Source of the DNA: Ascoidea asiatica JCM 7603
Taxonomy: Eukaryota; Fungi; Ascomycota
Assembly: GCA_001600695.1 (NCBI GenBank)
Contig: BCKQ01000002.1
Span: forward strand, 360,890-424,889
Reading direction: 5' to 3'
Length of the DNA: 64,000 bases
Positions 35,121 to 46,900 of the stretch are shown here, one piece after another. The translations under genes and the position numbers were made by a program. Below the pieces are notes generated by a model. The model did not search any database. It was not told the DNA's origin and saw nothing but the letters and a program-made list of their open reading frames with translations. Every line of letters begins with the position of its first letter. Positions within the stretch are counted from its first letter, which is position 1.

Positions 35121-35508
35121 ATTTAATTGATTGCTTTACATTAAATTATATTTCCTTTCTTTTCCTTTCTTTCATTTCTTTTAATTTTTTGTTAACTTTT
35201 TAAAATTTTACTTTTTTCCTATTGCTTTTCAATTTATTGCTAAATTAATTGTCATTTTATACTTTCCTTCTTTTCTATTTTTTTTTATTTTTTCTTTTTT
35301 ATTTAATGGTTTTTGCTAACTTTTATTGTATTCATAATACATGCTTTTTCTTCTCAATTATATTTTCATTTCAATTTATTTCTCTTTTATATTTGTAGGT
35401 TACAATTATTAATAACAATAATAATAATAAATATTTAAGCTTATTTTCTATTTATCAATTATTACCCATACTTTACTTTAAAAGCCAGCTTTACGGATCC
35501 AAATTTCA

Positions 35509-35520
35509 CCAATGACCAAT
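35509..35520 (+). promoter_or_regulatory. Tandem CCAAT boxes upstream of URA9
   Basis: CCAATGACCAAT about 320 nt before the ATG of a respiratory-chain-linked enzyme. Confidence 0.45.
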
Positions 35521-35835
35521 GAATTTACTTTAAACAGAACTTTAAAACCCGTTAAACATTAACAGTGAATGAAAGAACTTAATGAATAATAATGGGTTTT
35601 TATTGAAATATTTGAAATAATTATACATTTATCAAGATTTATCGATTTTTATTATTGTATATTCTTTTATCTCGATTAATTCAAAATCATATATTACCTC
35701 ACAAGTTTTCCTTAAAAGTTTCTAACCTTTTTTTTTTTGCTTTTTCTTTTTTTGGCTTACTTTTTCTCTCATTAGTTTTTCAAACTAATCAATGAATAAT
35801 AATTAATTGATAATCCTTTCTTTTTTTTTTTGAAA

Positions 35836-37239
35836 ATGAGTAATGTCAATTTAATTAATAATAATTTTAGACAATTATCAAAAAATTTAACTTTATTATC
35901 TACAAAAAGATTAATATCTCCAAAATTAACAATAAGAAATTTTTCAGTTAAAAAAAATTCAAATATTAATTCAAAATTTCAATTATCTAAATCTTCTATA
36001 TTTCCAGGCTCATTAAATGTATTAGGAGGTGGAATTTTACTTGCATGGTTTACTTATTATATGTTTGATGCAAAATCTTCAATTCATGAATATCTTACAT
36101 GTCCATTAATTAGATTATTAACAGATGGTGAAAATGGTCATAAATTTGCAATAATTGCAATGAAATATGGTTTATCACCAAAATTATTTGATGATAATGA
36201 TAATGATCTATTAAAAGTTAAAAATATATTTGGTGGTAAAACTTTATCAAATCCAATTGGTATTGCAGCTGGTTTTGATAAAAATGGTGAAGCTATAGAC
36301 CCATTATATGATATTGGTTTTAGTTATGTTGAAATTGGTTCAATTACTCCAAATCCACAATCTGGTAATCCATTACCAAGATTTTTTAGATTACCAAAAG
36401 ATGAGGCTGTGATTAATAGATATGGTTTTAATTCAGATGGTCATTGGAAAGTTTTGGCAAATTTAAGATTAAGATTAGAAAAATATTATTATGGTAAAAA
36501 TTTAGATTTAAATGAAAAAATTCCATATTCAAATGCATTTAGAGAAAATAAAATTTTAAGTATAAATTTAGGTAAAAATAAAAATGGTGATGAAATTAAT
36601 GATTATAAATTAGGTGTTCAAAGATTTGGTGAATTTGCAGATGTATTAGTTATTAATGTTTCATCTCCAAATACTCCAGGTTTAAGAACTTTACAATCTA
36701 ATGATAAATTAACAAATTTATTAAAAACTGTTAAATTTGAAAGAGATCAACTTCAAGGAAATATTATTAATAAATATTATAAACCTTCAATTTTAGTTAA
36801 AATTGCACCAGATTTAAATGAAGATGAAATTAAATCAATTGCAAATTCTGTTAAAGAATCTAAAATTGATGGAATTATAGTTTCTAATACAACAATTCAA
36901 AGACCAAAAAATTTAATGAGAACTACTGATGATAATTTACTTTCTCAACAAGGTGGATTATCTGGAAAACCTATTAAATCATTATCTCTTCAAGCATTAA
37001 AAACATTAAGAAAATATACCAAAGATGATCCAAGTATAATTTTAATTGGTTGTGGAGGTATTAGTTCAGGTAAAGATGCAATTGAATTTGCTAAAGCAGG
37101 AGCAACATTTGTTCAATTATATACATCTTTTGCATATAGAGGACCTGGACTTCCATATAAAATTAAAAATGAAATTACACAAGAATTGAAAAAAGAAGGC
37201 AAAACATGGATGGATATCATTGGAGAAGATAGTAAATAG
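35836..37239 (+). CDS. URA9: Mitochondrial class 2 (quinone) dihydroorotate dehydrogenase
   Basis: Presequence plus TM anchor; [41 protein letters not shown] and GGLSG motifs. First ATG is at 35836. Confidence 0.97.
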   Translation: MSNVNLINNNFRQLSKNLTLLSTKRLISPKLTIRNFSVKKNSNINSKFQLSKSSIFPGSLNVLGGGILLAWFTYYMFDAKSSIHEYLTCPLIRLLTDGENGHKFAIIAMKYGLSPKLFDDNDNDLLKVKNIFGGKTLSNPIGIAAGFDKNGEAIDPLYDIGFSYVEIGSITPNPQSGNPLPRFFRLPKDEAVINRYGFNSDGHWKVLANLRLRLEKYYYGKNLDLNEKIPYSNAFRENKILSINLGKNKNGDEINDYKLGVQRFGEFADVLVINVSSPNTPGLRTLQSNDKLTNLLKTVKFERDQLQGNIINKYYKPSILVKIAPDLNEDEIKSIANSVKESKIDGIIVSNTTIQRPKNLMRTTDDNLLSQQGGLSGKPIKSLSLQALKTLRKYTKDDPSIILIGCGGISSGKDAIEFAKAGATFVQLYTSFAYRGPGLPYKIKNEITQELKKEGKTWMDIIGEDSK

Positions 37240-37264
37240 ATTTTAATACATTTAAGCAGTTTTG

Positions 37265-37317
37265 ATTATTTATTATTATTTATTATTATTTATTATTATT
37301 TATTATTATTTATTATT
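37265..37317. repeat. 10-bp tandem repeat (TATTATTATT)n in the URA9/GET2 convergent terminator
   Basis: Four exact units at 37271-37310 plus partial flanking units. Confidence 0.85.
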
Positions 37318-37384
37318 TTTTTTTTTTTATTAATTCATTAATTAATTATATATTATATATATATCATTACATCATTAAATCATT

Positions 37385-38458
37385 TCATTCAAGAAATGTT
37401 AATAAACCGAATAAAATAATTATAAAAGCTAAATCACCAAGAAAGAAATTAAACATTTCATAATAATTTGAAAAAAGTTTTAAATAATTTAAAATATTTG
37501 GAGGTAAAAAAGGTTGAAGATAATGAATTGCTTTACCAGCATAAGAATCAGGAATATAAGAAAATTTAATAAATTTATAATTCAAAGCAATATAAAAAAA
37601 TAAAAGAGAAAAACCTTCAAAGAAACAAAAAATATAATAAAATGAAAAAGATTGTAAAGTTTCTTCAATAAAAATGTTATTAGTATTAATTATTGGACGT
37701 AAATTAGAAGTTAAATAAGTATAAATAACTGAAATCAAAAGAAAAATATATCTGAATAAAGTAAATTGAGCTTTAAATCGATTTGTTAAATATTTATTAT
37801 TTGCGATTATTTCATTTTGTTCATTAATACTATCAAGGTTTATATTACCCATTGTTTGAGGATTACCACTTAGTAAACCTTCAAAATCTTCTGAATTAAA
37901 GATTTGTTTCATCATTTCTTCCATCGATGGTTGATTATTAATAGGATTATTAACTGAATTATTTGAATTAAAGAAAGTTTCATTCCCACTATTTGGATTA
38001 AAGTTTAATATTTTATTCGATAATTCTTCAAAATTTTCTTCATCAAAATCGTTATTTTTATCAATAATATCATCATGTATACCAAAAGAAGAAGAATTTG
38101 ATTTTCTAGAATTATTGGAAAAATCTGCAGGAGGTTGATCCATCATCATTGATATTCTATTACTTCTTGTCCTTATTTCAGGAGAAGGAGGCAATATTGG
38201 ATTAAAATTTGGTATATCTGAGATTGAATCATTAAGTTCATTATTAAAATTATTTTCATTTTCACTATTATCTGATGTCAAAGAACTTTTATTTTCTTTT
38301 TTAGAAATTGGAGTTGTGGAAGTTGGAACCTTTATTTTTTGAAAAGAAGAATTAGAGCCAGTAATCTTTTGTAAACGAGAAGAGCCTTGATTCTTTAATT
38401 TGGCAGCTCTTCTTTCTCTTAGGATTTTTCTTTTCTCTGCTTCCGATAAAGTAGACAT
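37385..38458 (-). CDS. GET2: GET complex tail-anchored protein insertase subunit
   Basis: LSEAEKRKILRERRAAK...SSRLQKITG N-terminus and three C-terminal TM segments. Confidence 0.93.
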   Translation of the reverse strand: MSTLSEAEKRKILRERRAAKLKNQGSSRLQKITGSNSSFQKIKVPTSTTPISKKENKSSLTSDNSENENNFNNELNDSISDIPNFNPILPPSPEIRTRSNRISMMMDQPPADFSNNSRKSNSSSFGIHDDIIDKNNDFDEENFEELSNKILNFNPNSGNETFFNSNNSVNNPINNQPSMEEMMKQIFNSEDFEGLLSGNPQTMGNINLDSINEQNEIIANNKYLTNRFKAQFTLFRYIFLLISVIYTYLTSNLRPIINTNNIFIEETLQSFSFYYIFCFFEGFSLLFFYIALNYKFIKFSYIPDSYAGKAIHYLQPFLPPNILNYLKLFSNYYEMFNFFLGDLAFIIILFGLLTFLE

Positions 38459-38852
38459 GGTTATTGTAAGTTTTGAGTTATTGTATTATGAGACAAGTAA
38501 TTTTTTATGATATATATCTTTATTTCTTTATATCTTTAAAAATATCTATTGATTGCAAATATTAAAAATAAGTGAGCTAAATCAAATATAAATTTTATGG
38601 TTTGAAATTGTTGAGAGTTCTGCCAGGCCTTTTTCTGTCTATTTGCGGAACCAGCGTTGTGGGTGTGAAAATGCAAAGAAGTTTCGAAGCTGGTGGCAGA
38701 ACAGCCACGTAAAGCTAAGACTAGGTGAAATAAAGATAATAAACATAAAGATGAAGATACAAAAGAAATTGAAACAACTTTATCAATAAACATTATCAGA
38801 TTTCTAGAATCAGATTTAGATTGAAGAATATATATTAGATATTAATTAAAAA

Positions 38853-39767
38853 ATGGATTTTTATGGAGATTCTGATGAACTTTATACACTTCGTCAATGT
38901 TTTTTTTCAGGACAATATGAACAAGTTGCAAATTCTTCAAAAGATAAATTTACATCAAAATCAAATCAATTAAAAGCAGAAGAATATATTTTAAGATCAA
39001 AATTAATTTTAGGTAAATTTGATGAAGTTATTTCATATATTGATAATTCAGTTGATAAAGAATTAATTAATTTAAAAGTTATTAAACTTTATTCAAATTA
39101 TCTTAAAAGTGTAAATTCAAATAATAAAAATAATGAAAAATCAATTGAAAAAAGTTTCTTAGAAATAATTTCAAATTTTAAAAAAATTGAAATTGTACAA
39201 ATTTTAGGATCAATATATTTAATTAAAAGTTTTAATAAATTTGAAGAAGCATTATCATTACTTAATAATCATGAAAATTCATTAGAATGTCTTTCATTAA
39301 TTGTACAAATTAGAATTTTAACAAATAGATTAGATTTAGCAATAAAAGAATTAAAAAATGCTAAATCACTTTCACAAGATTCAATTATTTTTAATTTAAC
39401 AGAAAGTTGGGTAAATTCATTAATTTCAACAGAAGATAAATTAAAATCAAGTTTTTTCTTTTGGGAAGAAATTTCTCAATCAAATAATTCAATTAAATCT
39501 TTAACTGGATTACTTATAATATATTTACAAAAAAAAAATTTTCCAGAATGTAAAGATGTTATAAATCAATTAAATTTATTAAATGTAAATGATTTAAATT
39601 CTTTATGTAATCAAGTTGCTTATTATGTTATAAATGATGATAATAAAAAAGTTAAAGAATTAATCAAAAAAATTTCTGAAATTTCAAATGATCAACATCC
39701 ATTAATCATTGATTATAAAGAAAAAAATAATCAATTCAATGAAATTGTTACAAAATATTCTATTTAA
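38853..39767 (+). CDS. SEC28: Coatomer epsilon subunit
   Basis: DELYTLRQ.FF.GQY, QDSIIFNLTESWV and HPLIIDY motifs; TPR-like, about 300 aa. Confidence 0.9.
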   Translation: MDFYGDSDELYTLRQCFFSGQYEQVANSSKDKFTSKSNQLKAEEYILRSKLILGKFDEVISYIDNSVDKELINLKVIKLYSNYLKSVNSNNKNNEKSIEKSFLEIISNFKKIEIVQILGSIYLIKSFNKFEEALSLLNNHENSLECLSLIVQIRILTNRLDLAIKELKNAKSLSQDSIIFNLTESWVNSLISTEDKLKSSFFFWEEISQSNNSIKSLTGLLIIYLQKKNFPECKDVINQLNLLNVNDLNSLCNQVAYYVINDDNKKVKELIKKISEISNDQHPLIIDYKEKNNQFNEIVTKYSI

Positions 39768-39906
39768 AAATAATAAATAAATAAAATCATAAAATTCTTA
39801 TTTATATTGATAATAAATATAAAGTAATTATAAAAGGTATATATATATATATATATATAAAGAGTATACATATATATATATAATTTAAATAATTTAAATA
39901 AGTTAA

Positions 39907-40419
39907 TTATTCAAGAATATAAACATAATATTGAACAACTAAAGTACCAGACTCATCTCTAATAAATCTACCTTTACCAATTAAATTTTCAGTAATTGCC
40001 CATTTTTCATCTTTACAATCTTTATCCATGAAAACTTTTAAAGAATTACTAACATAACCATCAGTAAATTCCATATTTGAAGTTTTTTTACTAATTACAT
40101 CATTAATTGAACTTGTATTTTTAATTATACCATTATATTTAATTTGTAAACCTTTATTATTTTTTTTTGATTTTAGAATTAATTTACAATCTAATTTTGT
40201 AATTGGTGGATTTGTATTTGGAATTGAAGTTATATCATCAGCACCTTTAATAATTTCACAATCAAATGGATAATCTTTATCAAGAGTTTTTGTATAACCT
40301 CCAGTGACATTTACATTAACTAAAGTTGTTGATTCATTTGAATAAATTAAATCAGGATCATCAGCGAGTATATGCATAAAAAAAACAGGTTTTAAACCAG
40401 GAATAATTGGTGCAGACAT
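39907..40419 (-). CDS. DUF3237/UPF0311-like beta-barrel protein
   Basis: Pattern L.P.F / V.V.GG / G.D / LD....LK / I.Y.G / W......GKGRF / V.Y.VY; 170 aa. Confidence 0.7.
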   Translation of the reverse strand: MSAPIIPGLKPVFFMHILADDPDLIYSNESTTLVNVNVTGGYTKTLDKDYPFDCEIIKGADDITSIPNTNPPITKLDCKLILKSKKNNKGLQIKYNGIIKNTSSINDVISKKTSNMEFTDGYVSNSLKVFMDKDCKDEKWAITENLIGKGRFIRDESGTLVVQYYVYILE

Positions 40420-41113
40420 TTTGAATTAAAAATCAATTAAAAAGTAAAAAGTAATTGAGTATATGGAAAGGGATATAAAAAAAAAAATTATTACAATATA
40501 AATCTATTACAATAATATTCTAATTGTCAAAAAAAAGAAGAAAAGAGGATGAAAAGAATCTTTGTTCCTTTTATATGATTCTTCAGTGGGGGTGAGTTGA
40601 TCATTGTTTAGTTGTCTAATTGTTGAATTGTTGTAAAAAATTGTCCAATTGATTTTGATACTAATATGATTGTATATTTATGGAGAGAGGTTTAATTGCA
40701 TTAATAATACATAGAATATTGACAAATGCAGTATTTTATTGATATCTTTTTTTTGATGGTGTGTTGGTGCTGGAGATTTCCCAGCCCAGAGCTTGCTCAG
40801 AGCTTGCTCTTTTCTACTCCAACGCTTCGTTTCTCCGCACTGGGCACGCTTTGGCCTCAGAGCCTCGGACTTTCCTACGCAAGGACTGAAGTAAGTTAAC
40901 GTTAACACCGCTACGAGACTCCATTGAAGCTATTGAAACTACAGAAGTTATTGATGAAAGTGAATTTATTAGTATATAGCATCTTAGAATAAAAAGTATG
41001 GATAAAAATTATGAATAGAGATCATGAACAGAAATCATGAATAGAGCATGAATAAAAACCATGAATGAAAGAATATATGAATGTCTGTAATTAGAATAGT
41101 AATAATATTATTA

Positions 41114-41539
41114 TTAATGTTCATGGGCATGTTCATATTTCTTACCACAATATGTACAATTATGACTTCCAGGTTGATCTAAATTGATATAAATTCTTGG
41201 ATGTCCTAAAGGTCCTCTACCACCATCACAAACTGCACTATGACCATTAACATAAATAATTGGTTGTTTTTGAATTAATTCCATTGCAGAATATGGTTTT
41301 GGTTGAAGAGAAAGATCTTTTTGTTCAAATCTTACACCTTTCATTATTTTACTTCTAATTTGTTGAGATGCTGACCATGGTGCAATTCTATTTGGTGCTT
41401 GTTGAGTAATATCATTTATATCTGGTGTTCCAACATCTTTTACAGAAACTGTACTTTTCACAATTTGTGAAGAATATGAACGAGAAATTTCTTTCTTTAA
41501 TAAATTATTTGATAATTTTGTAATCATTGAACTTGACAT
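41114..41539 (-). CDS. NDUFS6: Complex I zinc-finger accessory subunit (NDUFS6/NUMM/13 kDa)
   Basis: QAPNR...WS.SQ and CDGGRGPLGHPRIYINLD....CTYCG (zf-CHCC); presequence. Confidence 0.92.
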   Translation of the reverse strand: MSSSMITKLSNNLLKKEISRSYSSQIVKSTVSVKDVGTPDINDITQQAPNRIAPWSASQQIRSKIMKGVRFEQKDLSLQPKPYSAMELIQKQPIIYVNGHSAVCDGGRGPLGHPRIYINLDQPGSHNCTYCGKKYEHAHEH

Positions 41540-41720
41540 GGTGATTATTATTCTATATCTTTTATATTTTCCAAATCAATTATGTTCTATATTCTCCTCT
41601 GAGTTAAGTGATATAAGAATGTACTGTAAATGCTTTACCGTTTGTATAATAAGTAATTAATCAATTGTTTCCGCTGGTCTTTTGGATATTTCAAGCGCTA
41701 TTAAAAACTGAGCTTCCTTA

Positions 41721-41786
41721 ATTGGCCAGTTCTGGGTGTAACCTTAACACTTTTTATAAAGATAACATTATAATAATACACGTGAC
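41721..41786. promoter_or_regulatory. CCAAT box and E-box upstream of NDUFS6
   Basis: ATTGG at 41721-41725 and CACGTGAC at 41779-41786, the same pairing as at ATP5/RML2. Confidence 0.5.
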
Positions 41787-42010
41787 TTACTTAATGAAAA
41801 ACAATTAAGTTTCGATAAATACAGGAGTAGTATTTAAGTCATTTGATATTATTGAAATAAAATAAAGGTTAAAATAAAAATGAGAATGAAAGCTACATAA
41901 TTCTATAAAAAAAAAGGAATATATAAATATTGAATAACCTGAATATATTCAATGTATCGGAATTATTGACTGAATGTTGAATAAAATGAGTATAATGAAA
42001 ATTATTTAAA

Positions 42011-43193
42011 TTAACAATCTAATTTTTTTATAATCTCTTTAGTAAATTCACCAGTTGTTGCATTACCACCTACATCTTTTGTTAAAACTTTACCTTCTTT
42101 GATAACATCATAAGTTGCTTTTGAAATTCTATTAGCTTCATCTTTAAGACCTAAATGATTTAACATCATTGTTGCAGAAAGAATCATAGCAGTTGGATTT
42201 GCAATATTTTTACCACCAATTGAAAATCCAACATGTCTACAACCTGGTTCAAAAACTGCATATTCTCTACCAAAATTTGCTCCTGCAACTAAACCTGGTC
42301 CACCAACTAAACCTGTTGCAATATTTGATAAAATTGATCCATATAAATTTGGTGTAACTAAAACATCAAATTGTTGAGGATTTGAAACGCATTGCATTGA
42401 AGCATTATCAACAATCATATCATTAACTTCAATATCTTTATAATTATTACCAATTTCTTTAACTGTATTTCTAAATAATCCATCAGCTAATTTCATTATA
42501 TTAGCTTTATGAATAGCTGTAACTTGATGTCTATTATTTGCAATAGCATAATCAAATGCAAATTTTGCAATTCTTTCACATTTATATTTTGTAACAATTT
42601 TTAAACTTTCAACAACTCCAGGAACTGATTGATGTTCCAATCCAGAATATTCTGCTTCTGTATTTTCTCTAATTAAAACCATATCAATATCTTGCATTCT
42701 AGTTTTAATACCTGGAATATTTTTAACATGAGATAATGATGCATAAATATCTAATTCTTTTCTTAATGCAACATTTAAAGATCCATGACCTGATATTGAT
42801 GATGGTGTATACCAAATACCTTTTAAACATACTTTATTTCTTTTTATTGAGGAAACTGCTTCTTTTATAGCTTGATTAGAAGGAACATCTTCTAATCCTG
42901 AAACTTTAATAACTTCCCAATCAATTGGAACATTTTCTGCCTTGAAAATATCTGTAACAGATTTAGAAATTTCTTCTCCAATACCATCTCCTGGAATTAA
43001 AGTAACTGTATATTTACCACCATATTTTGTTGGTAATGATGAAACTGTTGCCATTGAACGAGAAAAACATTTCTAAACCAAAAAAATTTAAAATTTAATA
43101 TTATTTATTGGTTAGTTTGGAAATTGATAAAATAATCTTACAATAATTATACAGGAGTGATAATATACTAACTTTTGAGACAGACGAAAACAT
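42011..43193 (-). CDS. IDH1: NAD-dependent isocitrate dehydrogenase regulatory subunit 1, two exons, 360 aa
   Basis: Exon 1 (43193-43173, MFSSVSK) plus exon 2 (43072-42011). KYGGKYTVTLIPGDGIG, SLNVALRK and FEPGCRHVG are Idh1-type motifs. Confidence 0.96.
43073..43172 (-). other. Spliceosomal intron of IDH1 (100 nt) inside the presequence
   Basis: GTTAGT donor, ACTAAC branch at 43111-43116, TTTAG acceptor; phase 0. Confidence 0.85.
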
Positions 43194-43916
43194 TGTAATT
43201 AATTAAAACAACCGGTAACTATAATTTTTCTATTGATCAAATAAAAAATATTGAAATGAAATAATAATAAGAAAAATATTCTGATTAAGTAGTTTAATCC
43301 AAATAATAGAAAAAAAAAATTAATAAAATGTCAATCAAAAACATTTAGTATATCACAAGTATACAGCTTAGTGCTAACAGTACTATTCCACCGGTAACAA
43401 ACAATTTATTTCTTTTCCACATCTCGGTTATGGTTATACCCCTTGATGGGGCCCACTGGTTTCAGGCCACTGCCACGGGTCGCCAATCTCGGACCCGAAA
43501 TGACTTTGGAAAGATTGAGAAGAAGACCCCTAGATCTGGTTTCAAGCCAGATATCGATTTTAAAGATATATGTAAACTCTAAAAGAATAAAATTGGTGTA
43601 TTTGTGCAAATTAATTACAATAGATTTATTTACCCAAAAAAATAAACAGTTAGAAAAGCTTCTTAGAAATGACGAACCAAAACTTTAACGGTCCGATGAC
43701 TTTTATTAAAAATTATGGAATTATACAATAACAATATTTAGTTAAACCAATTTTTAATTATGGTTACATAAAAAAAAAAAGATAGACAAATGAAGAGATA
43801 AAAAAAATTTCAAAAAAGGTAATATTAAACCCAAGAAAAAAAACAACTAATAAAAGTGAAAATGTAAAAAGAAAATTCAAAATTGATTTATATGAAAATA
43901 GTAAAATAAATCATAA

Positions 43917-46900
43917 TTAATCTGACATTTCTTCATCTTCAATATCATCTGGAATAGCAGGTCCATCTGGACCTGGATGTTGAAATTGTCGCATTTGCTC
44001 CAATTGTGCCTGCTGAAATCGATGCATTTGTTGAAGTTGATGTAAATGTAAAAGTTGTTGTATATGCTGTAAATCGGGTCTGCCATTACTACGTAATTGA
44101 GCCGCCATTCTTACCTGCTGTTCTGGTGGAAATGCAAATCGAATTCTTTGTGGTAATCTTGGTGGGTTAGTTGAATCATTATTATTATTTTCTCCATTAT
44201 TGTTATTGTTATTATTGTTATTGTTATTATTATTATTATTATTAGTAGTAGTAGTATTACTATTAGAAACATCGTTATCGACAGTATTACTCATAGTGTT
44301 ATGGATAGTATTATTGAGAATACTATTAAAAGAATTATTCAAAATACTATGGAAACTAGTATTCAAATTACTGATAGGATTATTATTAGCTGTACCATTA
44401 TTACTTGAAATTAAACTGATATTTTCTGCTTGACTTCTAGTGAAAACGTTTCCATTATTTGGGAATCCATTATTTGGAAATCGAAGCTCTCCTCTAAACA
44501 TATTTTCATTGCCATTCAAATTGATTATATTTGAATTTTGATTTTGATTATCAGGATTTTGAATAGTATTTGGTCTTAATGTATTTAATTGCTGAGTTCT
44601 TCCAAATGTTGAATCAAGCATTCCTATATTAGCAATATCAACATTGTCCCTGTTATTAATATTCTCAATATTATTTGTATTAATATTTGAAATCATATTT
44701 CCGTTCAAATTTGAAATAACACCCAGATTTGTATGTATAGTATTTAAGTTATTAGTACTGATATTATTATTATTATTCCTACTTATTTGGTTCCCTTGTC
44801 CAACCATAACGTCATCATCATCATCTAACGTAATAGTGTTGCTGTTTGTATTTTCATCTTGATTAGTATTATTAGTATTATTGGTATTAGTGGTATTATT
44901 ATTATTATTGGTTATGATATTATTATTGATAATTTGATTGAGATTACTAGCAATGTTTGTAGTAGTTTCAGGATTGAGTAAAAAGTTTAAATTATTTGCT
45001 CTAATACCAGTTCCATTGTTCCCTATTCTATTTGCGTTTGTAATATTATTGTTATTGTTATTATTATTATTATTATTAATATTAGTTAAAAACTCAGCAG
45101 GAATAAATTCACCATTAACATAAGGACTAAATGCCATTGTTTGATTTGCATTTTGACTCGTTAAAACTGAATTATAAGAATTGAAAAGAGTTCTCAAAAA
45201 TTCTCTTAATTCTCGAACATTATTACCACTAAATACACAAAATACATTTTTTTGTTGAGTATTAAAAGAACTTGGTGGTTCACGACAAAATTTTCTAATA
45301 TCACTTCTTAAAAATGCCATTATACCAGTTAAAGATAAATGTGCTAATCTTGGACAAGATAATAATAATTGATAAATAGGATAAATTGTTAAATTTTGAC
45401 AATAAGATAAATGAACTCTTTCTAAAGTATCATCATTACCTCTAGCTCTAATTAAAGATAAAATTCCTTCATCAGTTATACGATAACATCTAACTAAACC
45501 AATTCTTCTTAATCTTCTTAAGCTTGCTAATTCTTTTACAGAAGAATCAGTTAATTGAGTACAACATGCAAGATCAATATATTGTAAACGATGACAACTT
45601 TTTATTAGTGTACTTACACCAGTATCAGTTATATTATTACAATGACCTAAATGAATATAATGTAAACTTTTACCAAGAGTTGATAAAGCTCTTAATGAGG
45701 CATCAGTTATTGCAATACATTTTGATAAAACAACATTTCTTAATCTTGGAGCACATTTAACAAATTTTTCAACAGTTTTATCAGTTATATAAGTACAAGA
45801 AGTTAAATCAACTATACGTAAACGATCTAAACATGGACTTGAAGGTAATAATGAAAGCATTTTATCATTTAAATTTAAATTTTTTGATAATCTAATTTCT
45901 CTTAATTGATCCATTTCTTTAAAAACTCTCATTAAAGAATTATTTGTGATTTCAGTACAACCATGGAAATCGATTTCAACAAGATATTTACAATTATTTG
46001 CAAGAACATGAACAGCATGATCATCAATATTTTGAGTTTCAGTTAATTTAATTCTTTTAAGAAAAGGACAAGATTTAAATAAAGATATTATTGAATCTTT
46101 TGAAACTTTAGATGTATCAGGAGCATAAAGACCTTGTAAACGTGGAGAATTTTTAGATAAAGCTTGAAAAATTGAATCAGAAATATTTGGAACAGCGCTC
46201 ATATCAATTGATTGTAATCTATTACAATTTAATAAAACTTTTGAAATTGAATTTGAAGTTAATTTATTACAATTAACTAAAGTTAATCTTTCAAGATTTG
46301 GACAATTTATAAATTTTAATAAAATTTCATCATTAACTTGATTTGAAACAAAACAAAGATTTAAACGACGAATGAAAAATCTATAATCCCAAAAAGTAAA
46401 ATTTGGATCTTTATCCATAATTTTTAAAAGTTTATTAAAAGAATTTTGATTTTGTAATTTTGGTCTAAACCAAATTAATTCAATTAATAAATTTGCCCAT
46501 TGTTTACAAACAGATAAAAAATTAGTTAAATTATTTTTTTCAGATAAATAAGTAAAAATTATTAATAATAATTCTGGAGGTAAAATTCTTATTGAAGGTT
46601 TAGAAATATCTTGAACATAAAGACCAATATTATTGATTATTATTTCAGAATTATGATGATTTAAATTATCTATATTAAAGAAATCTTCATTATTTTTATC
46701 AGATAATATATCAAAATTATTATTATTATTAGTATCAAAACTTTCAGGAGATTGAGTATTATGTCTACTATTATTAATGCTTATATTACTATTGATACTA
46801 TTATTAATATTATTAATATTATTGTTAGTTTTATTATTTAAAAGATCATTTAAATTTGCATCAATTATATTATTATTGATATATATAATATTATTATTTG

